This document shows, piece after piece, positions 1 to 12,300 of a stretch of 64,000 nt of DNA. The position numbers and the translations under genes were made by a program. The number at the start of each line of letters is the position of its first letter. The stretch's first letter is position 1. Source of the stretch: Podarcis tiliguerta (taxonomy: Eukaryota); the NCBI GenBank assembly GCA_965153285.1, contig OZ229117.1; one strand, written 5' to 3'. Below the pieces are notes generated by a model, which was not told where the DNA came from, did not search any database, and saw only the letters and a program-made list of their open reading frames with translations.

Positions 1-414
1 ACGAGCCATCTTGCTGGATCAGGACCTTTGATCTTAGGATCTAAAGGACTGCTTATGTCAGGAGGGTGCTGGTACCAAGGAATCCCCAAGGAACACAGCA
101 GTCACTTCAAGTCAAACCCCTTTGAATGGCCCTTGTATAGCAGCATTTGACAACCTGGTGCCCTCCTGATGTTTTAGACTGCACCTCGCCATCAGTCCCT
201 GCCATTGCAAAGGGAGTATTTTGTCACTGATAATTTAATCCATGTCTCTGGCAGGGAAAGTTATCAGAGATGGCCTTCTTCAGCATCTTGATTTGAAAAA
301 TGAGAACTCTTTGATCCCATGGCAAGCATTACACATCTGCTGGCAGAGAGTTCCTCTGGTCAACAAGGTTTTTTTGCTTGTTAAACCGAGAGAGATCCCA
401 ATGCTGTGACTCAC

Positions 415-499
415 CACTGGAGACCATCCAGCTGACACAGTACCGGGGGAACACTGTCTGCGGGTTGTCACTGTACGTTAGCAGGTAGTCAAAGCCATT
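415..499 (-). CDS. STARD7: STARD7 coding exon 7
   Basis: [28 protein letters not shown]; 85 bp; donor GTGAGT. Confidence 0.95.
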
Positions 500-3400
500 C
501 TGAAAAGAGAAAGGGAGTTAGCAGGCCCACCCTGGGAGGTCGACCAGCAAGGACAACTCCATCCCTTTATTCGTTCAATTTCTCACATACACTTCTACAT
601 AAAGCCATGGACAAAAAATGAAAAACACAAACCAAAGCAGAACCGCTAGAAAGACTAAGGCAGCATGGAAATATTTAACAGAAGAAAAACCGCACTCCAG
701 AACCACCAAACTCAAGGTTCTAATGGACAAAGGCAATTGGAGAACCTGACTTCTCAAAAACGTAGCACCAACACAAATAAGTAGCCAGTCTGTAATCCAT
801 TTGGCAGGGGCTGCTAGCTTTGGGGGGCCTGTGGCATACTTGCAAACTGAAGAACCTGTCATAGGCCTCAAGCAGACACCACACCCCGTTTTCTTGGGCT
901 GCAACAAACTGCTTCTTTCAAGACTCATTTCAGTGGGGATAGGGACCTCTATGAGTCCCAGAGAAAGCAGCAGTGGGTGCCACAGTGACAACCCCTGCAG
1001 TACAGAACTGATGTGTTCTGCTTGAATCATCTGGAAATGGCATAAAATGTTTAAGGGAACTGTGTATGTTAAGGAGGCTAGCTCCCATCTGGCCTTCTGA
1101 GGTGCAAAAAAGTTTATGAGCATGGCATTGCCTCATGCAAAAGCAAGACTAGACTTTATACACAGGCTTTATCCACCTGCAAATCATCTGACATCACATG
1201 GTTCAAATTTCAAGCCAGGAGCAGGCACACATTTGCCCAAAAGGGCATGGTAGGCTTAACTGAGAGGGCCCAGAAGCCAGATGTTCCCAGTCCTGGAGTA
1301 TTTTTATAGTATTGTCCATCCTGACAGCCAATAGCTATGCAGGGTCTCAGGAGGCAAAGAGAGGCTCCCCCTAACAATGCTTCCTGACTGAAGCCCTTTT
1401 AACTGGAGGTACTGGGGTATGAATGTGGGATCTTTTGCATTCAAGGCGCTGTGCTGCAATAGCTCCCTAAAAAGTAAAAGCTCGGCAGCCAATCAGAAGT
1501 CATGGAAGCCCCGTCGGACGTTCGGGTTCCAAAGAACATTCGCAAACCAGAACACTCACTTCCGGGTTTGCGGAGTTCGGGAGCTGAAATGTCCGAGGAC
1601 CAAGGCATGACCATACTTAGCATCTAAGTATCCAGGGCAGACAAAAGAAAAGATATGTACAGCGTACACTTAAACAATAGAAACTACTCCCCAGAAGGTA
1701 ATGATGGCCATCAACTTGGACGGCTTCAGAAGAGGATCAGAAGTGGTGGTCCTGTCCAATGATTTTGGATAAAAGTATTTCACAAGGCTGAAATGATTAC
1801 TAATCAAACAACTATTTAGATGCAAAGATTGCTCATTGGTCAATACATGATTCAGAAGCCCAAGACCTTACCCCAAAATATATTTTTGTTCACACCATGA
1901 CAGCAGCAAAAAGAACAATTTCCCAAACACAGCTAAATACAAAATTGATGGAAACTTGCTTTTCACAATTATAAGACCTGGTCCTCAAGCAAATTAACCA
2001 ACAAGCCACAAGAATGAAGAAATGAGAAGTTTTATGGTGTTTTATTAGTTGTGCTGTGACAAAAGAAAATGGATGCAGAGGACAAACATCTCATGGTGAT
2101 CTATGGGAAGACATATTTATAAGATGGGCATTATGATTGGAATTGCTTTCATTCAGACATGATAAGTTGTACTCATCTGTGAGGGATGAGGTTATTCATG
2201 TTGTTTATATTTGAAATTTAACAAAATGAAGGGAAGAGGATTAGACAAAATCACTGAGCATAAGGCTATCGATGGCTACTAGCCACACTCACTATGCTCC
2301 ACTATTAGTATGCCACTGAATAGCAGTTGCTGGGAATCTCAAGTGGGGAGCATGCAGCTGTGCTCAGGTCAAATCCTCCTTTCATGCTTCCCATAGGAGG
2401 CATCTGGTTGGCCGCTGTGGGAACAGGATGCTAGACGAGGTGGGCTAATCTTATGCAGTGGTGCTGCACCACAGACCCATAGAAAATTAACCACCCCTTT
2501 TCAAGACACACTCAACACCTTTGTAGGTATTCAGATCAGCCACAGCGTTCTAGGTGAGGGGACCTTCCAAATGCATTTTCATACTCTGAGGCCTTGATAT
2601 GGGTCTCTCCAGAAGTCATCCAATACAGGGCACATTAGAAGTTAGACTCAACACAGTGTAAAAAACTGGGTATTTTAATTCAATGACTCCCACTTGGTTC
2701 AGTCTCGCCTCTTGGGTAGATAGTTCTGGGAAAACCACCCAAACAAACTTTCTCCTGTAAAAGTTGGGCACTCACCTCATCAAATGAACTGTGAGGGCGG
2801 ATAACCATTTGAGATTCATAGGTTTGAACACGGACAAATTCGGGATCTTCAGGGACACTTGGGTGTTCAACCGCTCTGGCAACCAAACAGGAGAAAGGAC
2901 AAACATTTCAGGGGAAAAACTTCAAAATTCCCCTCAGCTCTATGTGCAGAATTCATAATAGTTAAATAAATATTATCATCTGTGTAAGAATATATGTCCC
3001 ACCCTTCCCCAAACTGGGACTCAAGGCGGCTTACACAAGTTAATGTAGATAAAATATGAAAAGCTAAATACATACAAAAGGTAATAATTAAAAATAAATA
3101 AACTGAAACAGAATGGAAACAAATACATTAAATAAACAAACAAATAAACAAATATATTAAAATACTGCAAACTGAACGTATTCCACAGCTCAAAGATTTT
3201 TAGAAGAGTGGTGAGGAAAGTTCATCTAAACCAATCAAAAAGTATTACAATATAAATATATCTCAAACATATAGGTATTATCAGGTGCAACCAGCTGTAG
3301 GGCAAGTAGATTATACCTCCAGATGCAATTTTCATGTCTTCATCTCCTTTGATTTCCCAGCATTTCCCCCCATAACCTCTCCAAACCTTGAGGACAGAAT

Positions 3401-6400
3401 TATGCAAAGTAAGTAGCTCTATAGAGAAGTTTAATTTGCAGAATAAATGCAGCTGTATCTTCCACTTGGCCCAGGATCCCTTACCGTGAGACAAGCACCA
3501 TCAACTTGTTCTCCTGGTCCACACTGTACCGTCGCACATACACATAGTCCCGCGAGTACATTGGATACTGAAAGGAAGAAGACACAGCTGTTATCCTGGA
3601 GCAGCTGCCATCAACACACCAGTGTCATTCTATGGAAGCCAGAGAAAGAAACACTCACCGGAAAATGAGTTACCCAGTGAATAACCTCTGATCCAGTGTC
3701 CTGGTCTCTCTCAATCACCTCCAGTTTGATGACTAGTGAGTCCCATTTCTTTCGATATTCTGTATCCAGCTAGAAGATAAGAATCCAGAAGAGTTCCCTT
3801 GAGATGATCCTACAATTTGTTTCTCACTTGTCGAAGTGCCAACTAAGAAATGATGAAATACTGTGACAATTCCCTAAGAGGCAAGATGGGTTTTATGCCT
3901 CCTGGATTAATCTGCATTTCAAACACCCAGAGGAGGCAATGAAGCGATGTCACTTGAGCTTGCTGCGCCAGGTGGAGAAGCTTGTCCCAAAGACCCTCAC
4001 CTTGGCTACAAAAGGTATTAACTCTGAGTCCAGTTTCCCTTTATTTCCAAGGAATGCAAGTAAGAATCAGAACTCAGTTATAGGGAGCAAAAGAAGGTAC
4101 TAGCATTCAGTACAAAGCTTTCAGGATCCCCATTTACAGAAGAGGAGGAATGGCCAGACATGTCCAAAGGCACAGAAAACCTGGGGGAGGCATCATTTGG
4201 ATGATGCCTAGGACATCATCACGGCCTAGGACACTCGTACCTACGGGACCGCCTCTCCCGGTATGTCCCACGGAGGACCTTAAGGTCCATAAATAACAAC
4301 ACCCTAGAGGTCCCGTGCCATAAGGAAGTCAGATTAGCCTCAACCAGAGCCAGGGCTTTTTCAGAGCCAGGACCCTGCAGGATCTGATTTCTTTCCGCAG
4401 GGCCTGTAAGACAGAGTTGTTCTGCCTGGCCTTTGGCTTGGAGTCAATTTGATTCCCTCCCCCTCTTTCTTTTTCTTTTGTCCTCCTGTGATGAGGCTGC
4501 ATTTTAATGTTTTAATGTTGTATTTTAATCTTGATTTTAAGTTGTATTCATTCAACTCGTTTTTATTATTGGTTGTTGGCCGCCCTGAGCCCGGCCTTGG
4601 CTGGGGAGGGTGGGGTATAAATAAAATTTATTAATTATTATTATTATTATTATTATTATTTGGAAAGGTGGAGCTGCACTTCATCTTGGCTCTCCCACCA
4701 ACCACAACCAATTACTGCAGCCAGGATTGTTGGCTGCTGGTGCTCCTGGCAGAGGAAATTGAGATCACTGCATTCTGGTGCCCTTGACACTCCCCCTAGT
4801 AGTCGGACATCTCAATGAACAGGAGCAGCAGCAAGAACAGGGGCATTCAAAGCACAATATGAGTTGAATCTTCATTGCACCAGCCTTTGCCAAACTGGAG
4901 TCCTCTAGGTGTTTTAGACTACAATTCCCATCACCTTCAACCAGCACAAAATGGACAGGAGGTGTAGTCCAAGGGCACCAGGTTGGTGAAGGCTACATTA
5001 GAGACATCCTTCAGTCAGTGAGGGGCATGGAAGAGGGATGAAAATACTCACTTGCACATTGAAAAACTGCCTAGGTGTCACATCTGTGTAAGTCCCAAAG
5101 ACTACAAAGGAACGACAAGACATAAATTGTTTTTGTAAATTGATAATGTTCTATATGATGGTTTTTCTACAGTATAATGCATTTATGTTTTTGTTAAAAT
5201 GTAAGTCTAATACAACTAATAAGTTTAACAATAAGTGACTAACAAGTTTGCTGCTGGCAGTGATAATACTACTACTACGATTAATGCATGGATTTCAGTT
5301 ACTCTGTACATGCTAATCTCTTTGCTTTTCATCAAGCAAGTCTCCAACCCCATCCTCCCATGAAGATGACATCTTTTTTTCTTGCTGTTTACAATTCTAA
5401 TGTGTGTTTACATAGTGCCCATAAGCCAGTGCCACTTGTCCAATTCATGTCCACCTGCAGACTAACTCTACAGCTACCAGCAAACTTGTAAACCATGCAT
5501 CCTCTATGGTGTTTCCCCTGAACAAGCAGGTGTCCGCACCAAATTTCCTCACTCTGCTTGCCTTCTGGTGAGAAAAGATACCCACAGCCTCCAGCCTGGC
5601 TAAGAAATAAACTGCAGGTGTCCCTCCTGCCATTTCCTTCCTCATCCAAACTGCAGCACAAGCAAGGGTCTCCCTGGAACTCTCCAGCAAGCAAGGGGCT
5701 CAAGGAATTGGGGGCAAGGACCGAGGGGCACTGCATTTCCTGTGCATTTCTCCCCCCCCCCCCACCCACCCAAATGCAGAGACTTTTCCATTTCTTTCTG
5801 CTGATTAAAAAAAAGGCCTTGAACCCAGCCCAGGTTAAAAATAACTGTTTTTATCCCCTTTTTTGTCTGTGTTCTTCTGAAAGCCCCTTAACAAGTTTGC
5901 TGTTGTTTTTTCAAGTGTTCTTGCCACACAAATGGGCTTCCAAGTAGGAAATCCAGGAAGCAGGAACTACCTCGGTACTGATACAGATGAGTCCCTCCAA
6001 TTGGGCGCCGCCATAGCTTGAAGTGCTTCTTGTCCATCACCATTTCCCAGCTCTGCTCCCTGGAAACAGAACCTGCGTCCTTTGGCTCCTGTGTCTGGCT
6101 CATTCCTTTGTTACTCTGGAACACATTGATTTCTTCCATGCGTTTCATCTCTTCTGCAGACCTTGTGATGAAAGGAGGACAACAATCATCAGTCAGGGCT
6201 TACTCAGTCTGATTCAACCTATCAGGACAGCTTAGATTACCATAATCACTCCGATTCTTTGGTTTAGAACTGGGATGGGGAATGGGATGGCATTTTTATG
6301 AGGGCCAATGTTGTGTGGAAGCTGCAAGCAGGATGTATGCATGAACAGCACCAAGTCCACAATTGTGTTGTGTAATAAAACCCATTTCCAGTATTATCAT

Positions 6401-9264
6401 TTATTTCATTTAAGAATCCCTGACATCCTTGCCCATCTTGGAAAATATTCAACAGAGCTAGTTATGGGGTGGCTTCTAATACCTGTTTAGTTATTTTGCA
6501 TATTTATTGTAGGACTGGTGTCCAAAAGGGTTGAATTTTGGGGCAATCCCACATGTGGAGATATGTACTGATAGAGGTGCAGCCTCTCCAGCATTTTGGT
6601 GAGGTTCCTGGGTGTATCAGCGCCAACTTACATGGTGTTACGTAATATCTACAGTATAGGTAAGTTTCAAGGCGAGTTCCCTTCTTTTGGCTGAGATGGA
6701 TTTAAAGGGAGGTTTAGACCAGAGTTTAGTTCATTGGGTAGAGTTTATTTTGTAGCCTATGTCATGCTTGCATTGTTTTTTATTGAGATGAGGGGATTTG
6801 TAGGATTCTGGAGCAGTCTTTGTACATTGTGGATGCCATCCCCTTGCCATGTCCCTCTACTGTCAGCAGAAGGTTTTCAAAGGTGGTCACAGGCTTAGTG
6901 GCTTAGTGTTTTTACTGCTGGGTTGTTTAAGAAGCATGCAGTTGGCAGTGTGTTAGCCAGGGCATTTGGGTGTCCCCTAGTTTGTCCTGTATTTCTTGTG
7001 TCAGTATGGGTTTATTATTTTTGTAGAAGTCTGTTAGGCAATATAAGCCTTTGGCTCATCAAGTTTTTGTTAGGAGGTTTTGGACTGTGTGATGAAATAG
7101 TGGATGGTTTTCCTAAGTTTGTTTTGGAGGAATGGGTATCCTGTGGTGGGAGCGTTTTCAATCGTGTCTATCCAGTGTTCCAAACTAGCTGGACACCACC
7201 CTTTGTGCCTAGCATCTCCACCTGCCTGGCTGCAGTGAGCTGGTCTGCTGGACATAGCGGCAGCAAAAGATGTGTGTCTTTTGCTGCCATGCTATCCCTG
7301 CGAAACACCTGACTCACCCAGCAGCGCAGCAGCAAAAATACATTTCTTTTTTGCAGCTGTGCAAATCAGGAGTTTTGCAAGGTAGCAAAAGATGTGTCTT
7401 TTGCTGCCACGCTGCCCTGCAGACCCCCTGATTCACCCGGCATCAAAATAAATAAAATAGAATAAAAAATATTTTTGCTGCCAGGTGAATCAGGTGTTTT
7501 GCAGGGTAGTGCAGTTGCAAAAGATGTGTCACAAAATCCTAGGTAGAAGGATTACTAAGGATTACTAAGGAGGGGTCATACCTTAGCAGTAGGACACCTG
7601 CTTTGAATGCAAAAGATCACCAGTTCAATCCCTGGCACTTCCAGTTGGGGCTGAGAGAGAATCCTGTCTGAAATTATGGAGAGCCACTACTAAGCAGTGT
7701 AGGAAACACTGAACTAGAGGGAGCAGTGGTCTTGACTCTGTGGTTGCTCCCATGATCCGATGACACTTGGACAAGATAACTCTTGCCCAAATCTTATTCA
7801 CCTCAATGGCGTTTGCACAGCTCCATCCTGGGTTGCTGGGCCTCTGCACTAATTTATTCACACCTAGCTCTTGTACAGTTCTATCCTCAAGGATAAAGGA
7901 ATTTTTTTATTTAGGTACTTAAAGGCTGCCTTTCAGGGTTGCTCCACTCAAGGCAATTTAAAACACAATCCAGAATACATTACAAACTATTAAAAAATGA
8001 AAGCATAATCTAAATATACAGTAACACATCTAAAAGAGATATTGTCAGAGAAATATAATATCAAGAGAACATACACATATATGCATGCAGCAAAAATAGC
8101 AAACTAAAACAACCATTGCAGATAACTACCAGTTTAAAGTAGTCCATGTAGGGGCCAAATGTAGCTACCTAGAGAGGGAATTCCGTAAGCATGGGGCCAC
8201 TACTGAGAAGGCTGCATCTCTAGCGCCTGGTAATCTAATACTTCTTAGCAGAGGGCCCAGAATTGAAGCTTCATAGAGGTTTTATTACATAATGTGTTTG
8301 TTTGTTTGTCAGTCATTCATCAGCTGTGTAATTCTCACAGCCCACCAAAAACAAGTTGATGATGGCAGCAAAGGAAGACACTGATACTATGTTATTTTGA
8401 AAGCTGCTAGAAAAGATAAGAAGAGTACAGCTGCTTAATCTTGACCTGGTTACTAGAGACAGAAGCCTTAATAAAAGCAAGTGCTAGCATCCAGCTGGTT
8501 TCAGGTGGCCTCTTGGGACACTGCAACTTGAGCACGATTACACAAAGGATGAAACATTTACACAAGGCTTACACATGCAGAGAGCTGAAGTCAGCAATAC
8601 AGTCATACCTCGAGTTAAAGACACTTCGGGTTAAATCTTTTCAGGTTGCATCCCTCGGCGACCCAGAAGTAACAGAACGGGTTACTTCCGGGTTTCGCCA
8701 CTCGTGCATGTGCAGACGCTCAGAATAACGTCACACGCATGCGCAGACGCGGCAAATCATGACCCGCGCATGCGCAGACGCGGGTTGCGTTCTGCTCATG
8801 ATGTGAACGGAGCTCCGGAACGGATACCGTTTGCATCCAGAGGCACCACTGTCTGCTAATATCTGAAAAGGTTACCCCGAAGATTCCTTTAGACTGGGTC
8901 AAGAACAGGTTTTCCAATACATCGATAAACAAGTTCCTCTCTATAAAAGCTGAGAGCATGTCAAAATATTAAACGCTATTTATGGTGAGTTCGAGTAAAG
9001 TTAGCCTCATAGCAGTACAAAAAGTTCTTACCAGCCACCACCCCCTTACAGGCACATACTTGAAGACTGCAGTCCATCTTGATGGTAGGAGGCAGGGTAG
9101 CAAAAAGCCACTCACACCAGCAAACTAATGAAGCTGAAAATTCATTGAAATTTCCCAATTCAGCTGTAAGTCCCAGAGGCCAACCAAACATGCTTCCAAA
9201 AGGCTAAAGCTGAGCACTTTTGCAGAGTCTGCAGGAGGACGTTCTAAAACTGTGTGTGTGTGCA

Positions 9265-9327
<63 letters not shown>

Positions 9328-12300
9328 ATGCCAAACATGCACCATGAATAGCTAGCTTCCTTCACGCTTTTAATCTCTGAACCAGATTCATGAATGTAAT
9401 CATTAAGAGGGTGCTGCCACCAAATCTTTGAAGAACACTAGGGGTCACAAGGGGAGGGAGAGTCCACCACACAGATGTCTGACACACAGAGATGTCTGAT
9501 GCAGGCACTCTGCAGCATCTTAGGATCCAGGAGGAGGAGGAAGGTCTGGAAGGCAAGCCAGCCATTCCCAGGTTTTTACCTCTAGGTTGTTGTTGGCATC
9601 CGTCTGCCTCAAGAAACAATGGAAGAGTGCACCATCTGGGGTAAAGTCAAACCGTTGGAGTTACAGTGCCTGTTGTGGCTGCAGAGACCAATACGGGAGA
9701 GACATGTTTTGCAAGAGAATTAGAGATAAATTAAGTGATGGGTCTATTGCTGGTTATTAACTTAATGAATCACGGGTGGACGTAATGATTTCAATGTTTT
9801 TATAACAGTTAAGTCACTTACAGAAAACTGTTGTTATGTGGCATATTAAATACTTTTAGATATCAGTGCGAAGGCAAGTCAAGAGAGGGCATGGGAAGCC
9901 ATATTTCTGGTTGCAAAGATAGTTTAAACTGAAAATAAACTGCACCTCTGCAAGACAAACAGCCAAATTCCCTCAAACTGGGATTTAAGGGGAGGAATTG
10001 CCAGCCCTATTTTACTTCCCTTATTGGGAGAATGAAGATGGTTCAAGGATAGTCCAGCTCCAAGGGCCTTCTGGCGGTTCCCTCGCTGCAATAAGTGAAA
10101 TTACAGGGAACCAGGCAGAGGGCCGTATTGGCAGTGGCGCCCTCCCTGTGGAACACCCTCCCTTCAGATGTCAAGGAAATAAAGAACTACACAACTTTTA
10201 TAAGACACCTGAAGGCAGCCCTGTATCAGGACGTTTTTAACGTCTGGCATTTTATTATGTTTTTATATGTGCTGGAAGATACCCAGGCTGGCTGGGGCAT
10301 AAATAATAAAATTATTATTATTATTACTACTCCTACCACCATCATCTCATCATCCCCAAGAGATATGCAGACCTATCCTGTTCCCACAATATCATCTGCC
10401 ACTTAACAGCTGCAAAAAGTTTCCATTGACAGTGCAGTTGGTTTTACAGGCTACTAAACACATCACCCAAGGAGGATTCTCCTAGGTTGTTTTTGCTGTT
10501 GTTGAAATACTGTAAACCAGACTCCATTCTTTTTATCCCAGATACTAATCACTCACCCCATCTATCGTGGTCCACTCTTTACCATAATTAGCTAAATGTT
10601 TGCAAGCGTACTCATACACACACGTCTTGTCTCTTGTCTCGTGACAAGAGTTGATAGAACAATTCTGATCCCAAATACCCAATCAGAGGAGTAAAACTCC
10701 TTCCTATCTAGTGCTCAAATAAAGAGGTTGACTAGGATGGTTGCAAGGGAGGGGAACACTTGTGAAGTACAAAGAGGCCCCAACATGGCCCAATGTTTGT
10801 GGAACATTATGGGGTCTTGCAACTACTCATGGGCAAGTAACCATTATTTCAGGGCAAGGGGCTCACCAAATGCTCTGTGGACATGACCTTCCTTCCTTCC
10901 CTCTCACTGCCTCAAAGTCACCTTTTGGGAAATCCTGCCATTCCTCCCCACAATCAAACATCAAGTAAGCCACATTGCTCCTTCAGGACAACATTCTTAT
11001 TATTAAATGTGTACCCAAGCTCCCCACACTGTACACACACGGCAGCTAGCACACACAATGTACCCCCCAACCCTGCCCTCCAACAACAACAGAACAAAAT
11101 AAGAGAGCAGCCACTAATAAAAATCTGCAGAAGGCAAACAATCACCCCCTCAAGTCAAAGACCTGCTTGAACAAAAAGTTCAATGTATGCCCCAGCTTGT
11201 AGTTTACAGAGGTGGGGTGGAAGGAGGAAAAAAAGGCCCTTCTCACAGTTCTATTGCAGCAGATGGCAAGGAGGGGGCAAATCTGAGAGAGGACTTAGAA
11301 GCAAAGCACTTCCATACAGAGGAAGAGAATCCATCAAGTATCTTGATCCTAAGCCATTTGGGGCTTTAAAAGTCATAAAAAGCACTGTGATTTTTTTCCT
11401 GGAAATGCCTCCAGTGTCAGTTATATTATTCAAACAATAGAGTCATGTGCTCTCCCAAAATGGACCCTGTCCTCAGCATTCAGGACCAACTAAAGTTTCC
11501 GAACACTTTTAAAGGGCAGACTCATAGTCACCCAAATGAGATTTAGTTAGGGTAACATCCTCCTTCACAAATTACAGGCTAGCCTTTGGAGATTAGCCAT
11601 TTCCAAATACAGAGTCTGTAGTCTATCCTTCACTGACTGTGGACAGCTGCACAGGATGTTTCATTTAAAAATGCCCCGCTGAGGTCAGGGGAGAGTCTCA
11701 ACAGGCCTTATATACCCGCTACTAAATCTGGAATTGTTCCCCCCCCCCCAAAAAAAAGGTACAATACAGGCAATAATAATCCAAAAAGCCACACATCTGA
11801 GCAGAACACTTCTGTTGGTTTTTTAAAAAAAATGCACCAGGGGGTAAAATAGTATAGCAAAGAAAAAAGTAGTAGATTTTAAAAGGAAAGTTAACTAGTG
11901 CTAAATTGTTAGGCCAACCTATCTAGAGCCAACCAATCATAGAATCGTTTACTGGTGTTCAAAATAGATACATAGTTGTCATGGACTGGTTGGATACAGA
12001 GAAGTGGTGGGAGGCCCAGTTGGGGAACCCCCACAGGAAGAAGGCTCAGAGCCAGGGGACTGGTGATGGGATGAGGACAGGTGGTCAAAGGGAGAAGAGG
12101 GAGAAGATTGGGGGGAGGATGTGTCAGAAGCTGAAGGGGCAAGCAGGGCTCAATGAGCAAGTGGAGGCAGGCTGGTCCTGCTGTGATCAGCGCTCTTCCC
12201 CCCTGGTGTCCTAGAAGACGCAGAGAAATGAAGAGGGTGGAGCATAGAGAAACAAGACGAAGGAGCCTCAGTTTGCTGGGGAAGGAACCTTAGACAGCAG

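Noticed and set aside
575-1123. 182-aa - strand ORF in a STARD7 intron
   Set aside because: No recognisable family; overlaps decayed LINE/MITE-like sequence
3848-4030. Box C-like ATGATGA motifs (also ~53431 on -) as intronic snoRNA
   Set aside because: Wrong strand or no suitably spaced box D/terminal stem; an Infernal/snoscan run would be needed to exclude fully
7445-7472. AAAAT-like run in the intron equivalent to the one carrying the human FAME2 ATTTT/ATTTC repeat
   Set aside because: Short, imperfect and inside a palindromic repeat loop; the human repeat is Alu-associated, so orthology is implausible
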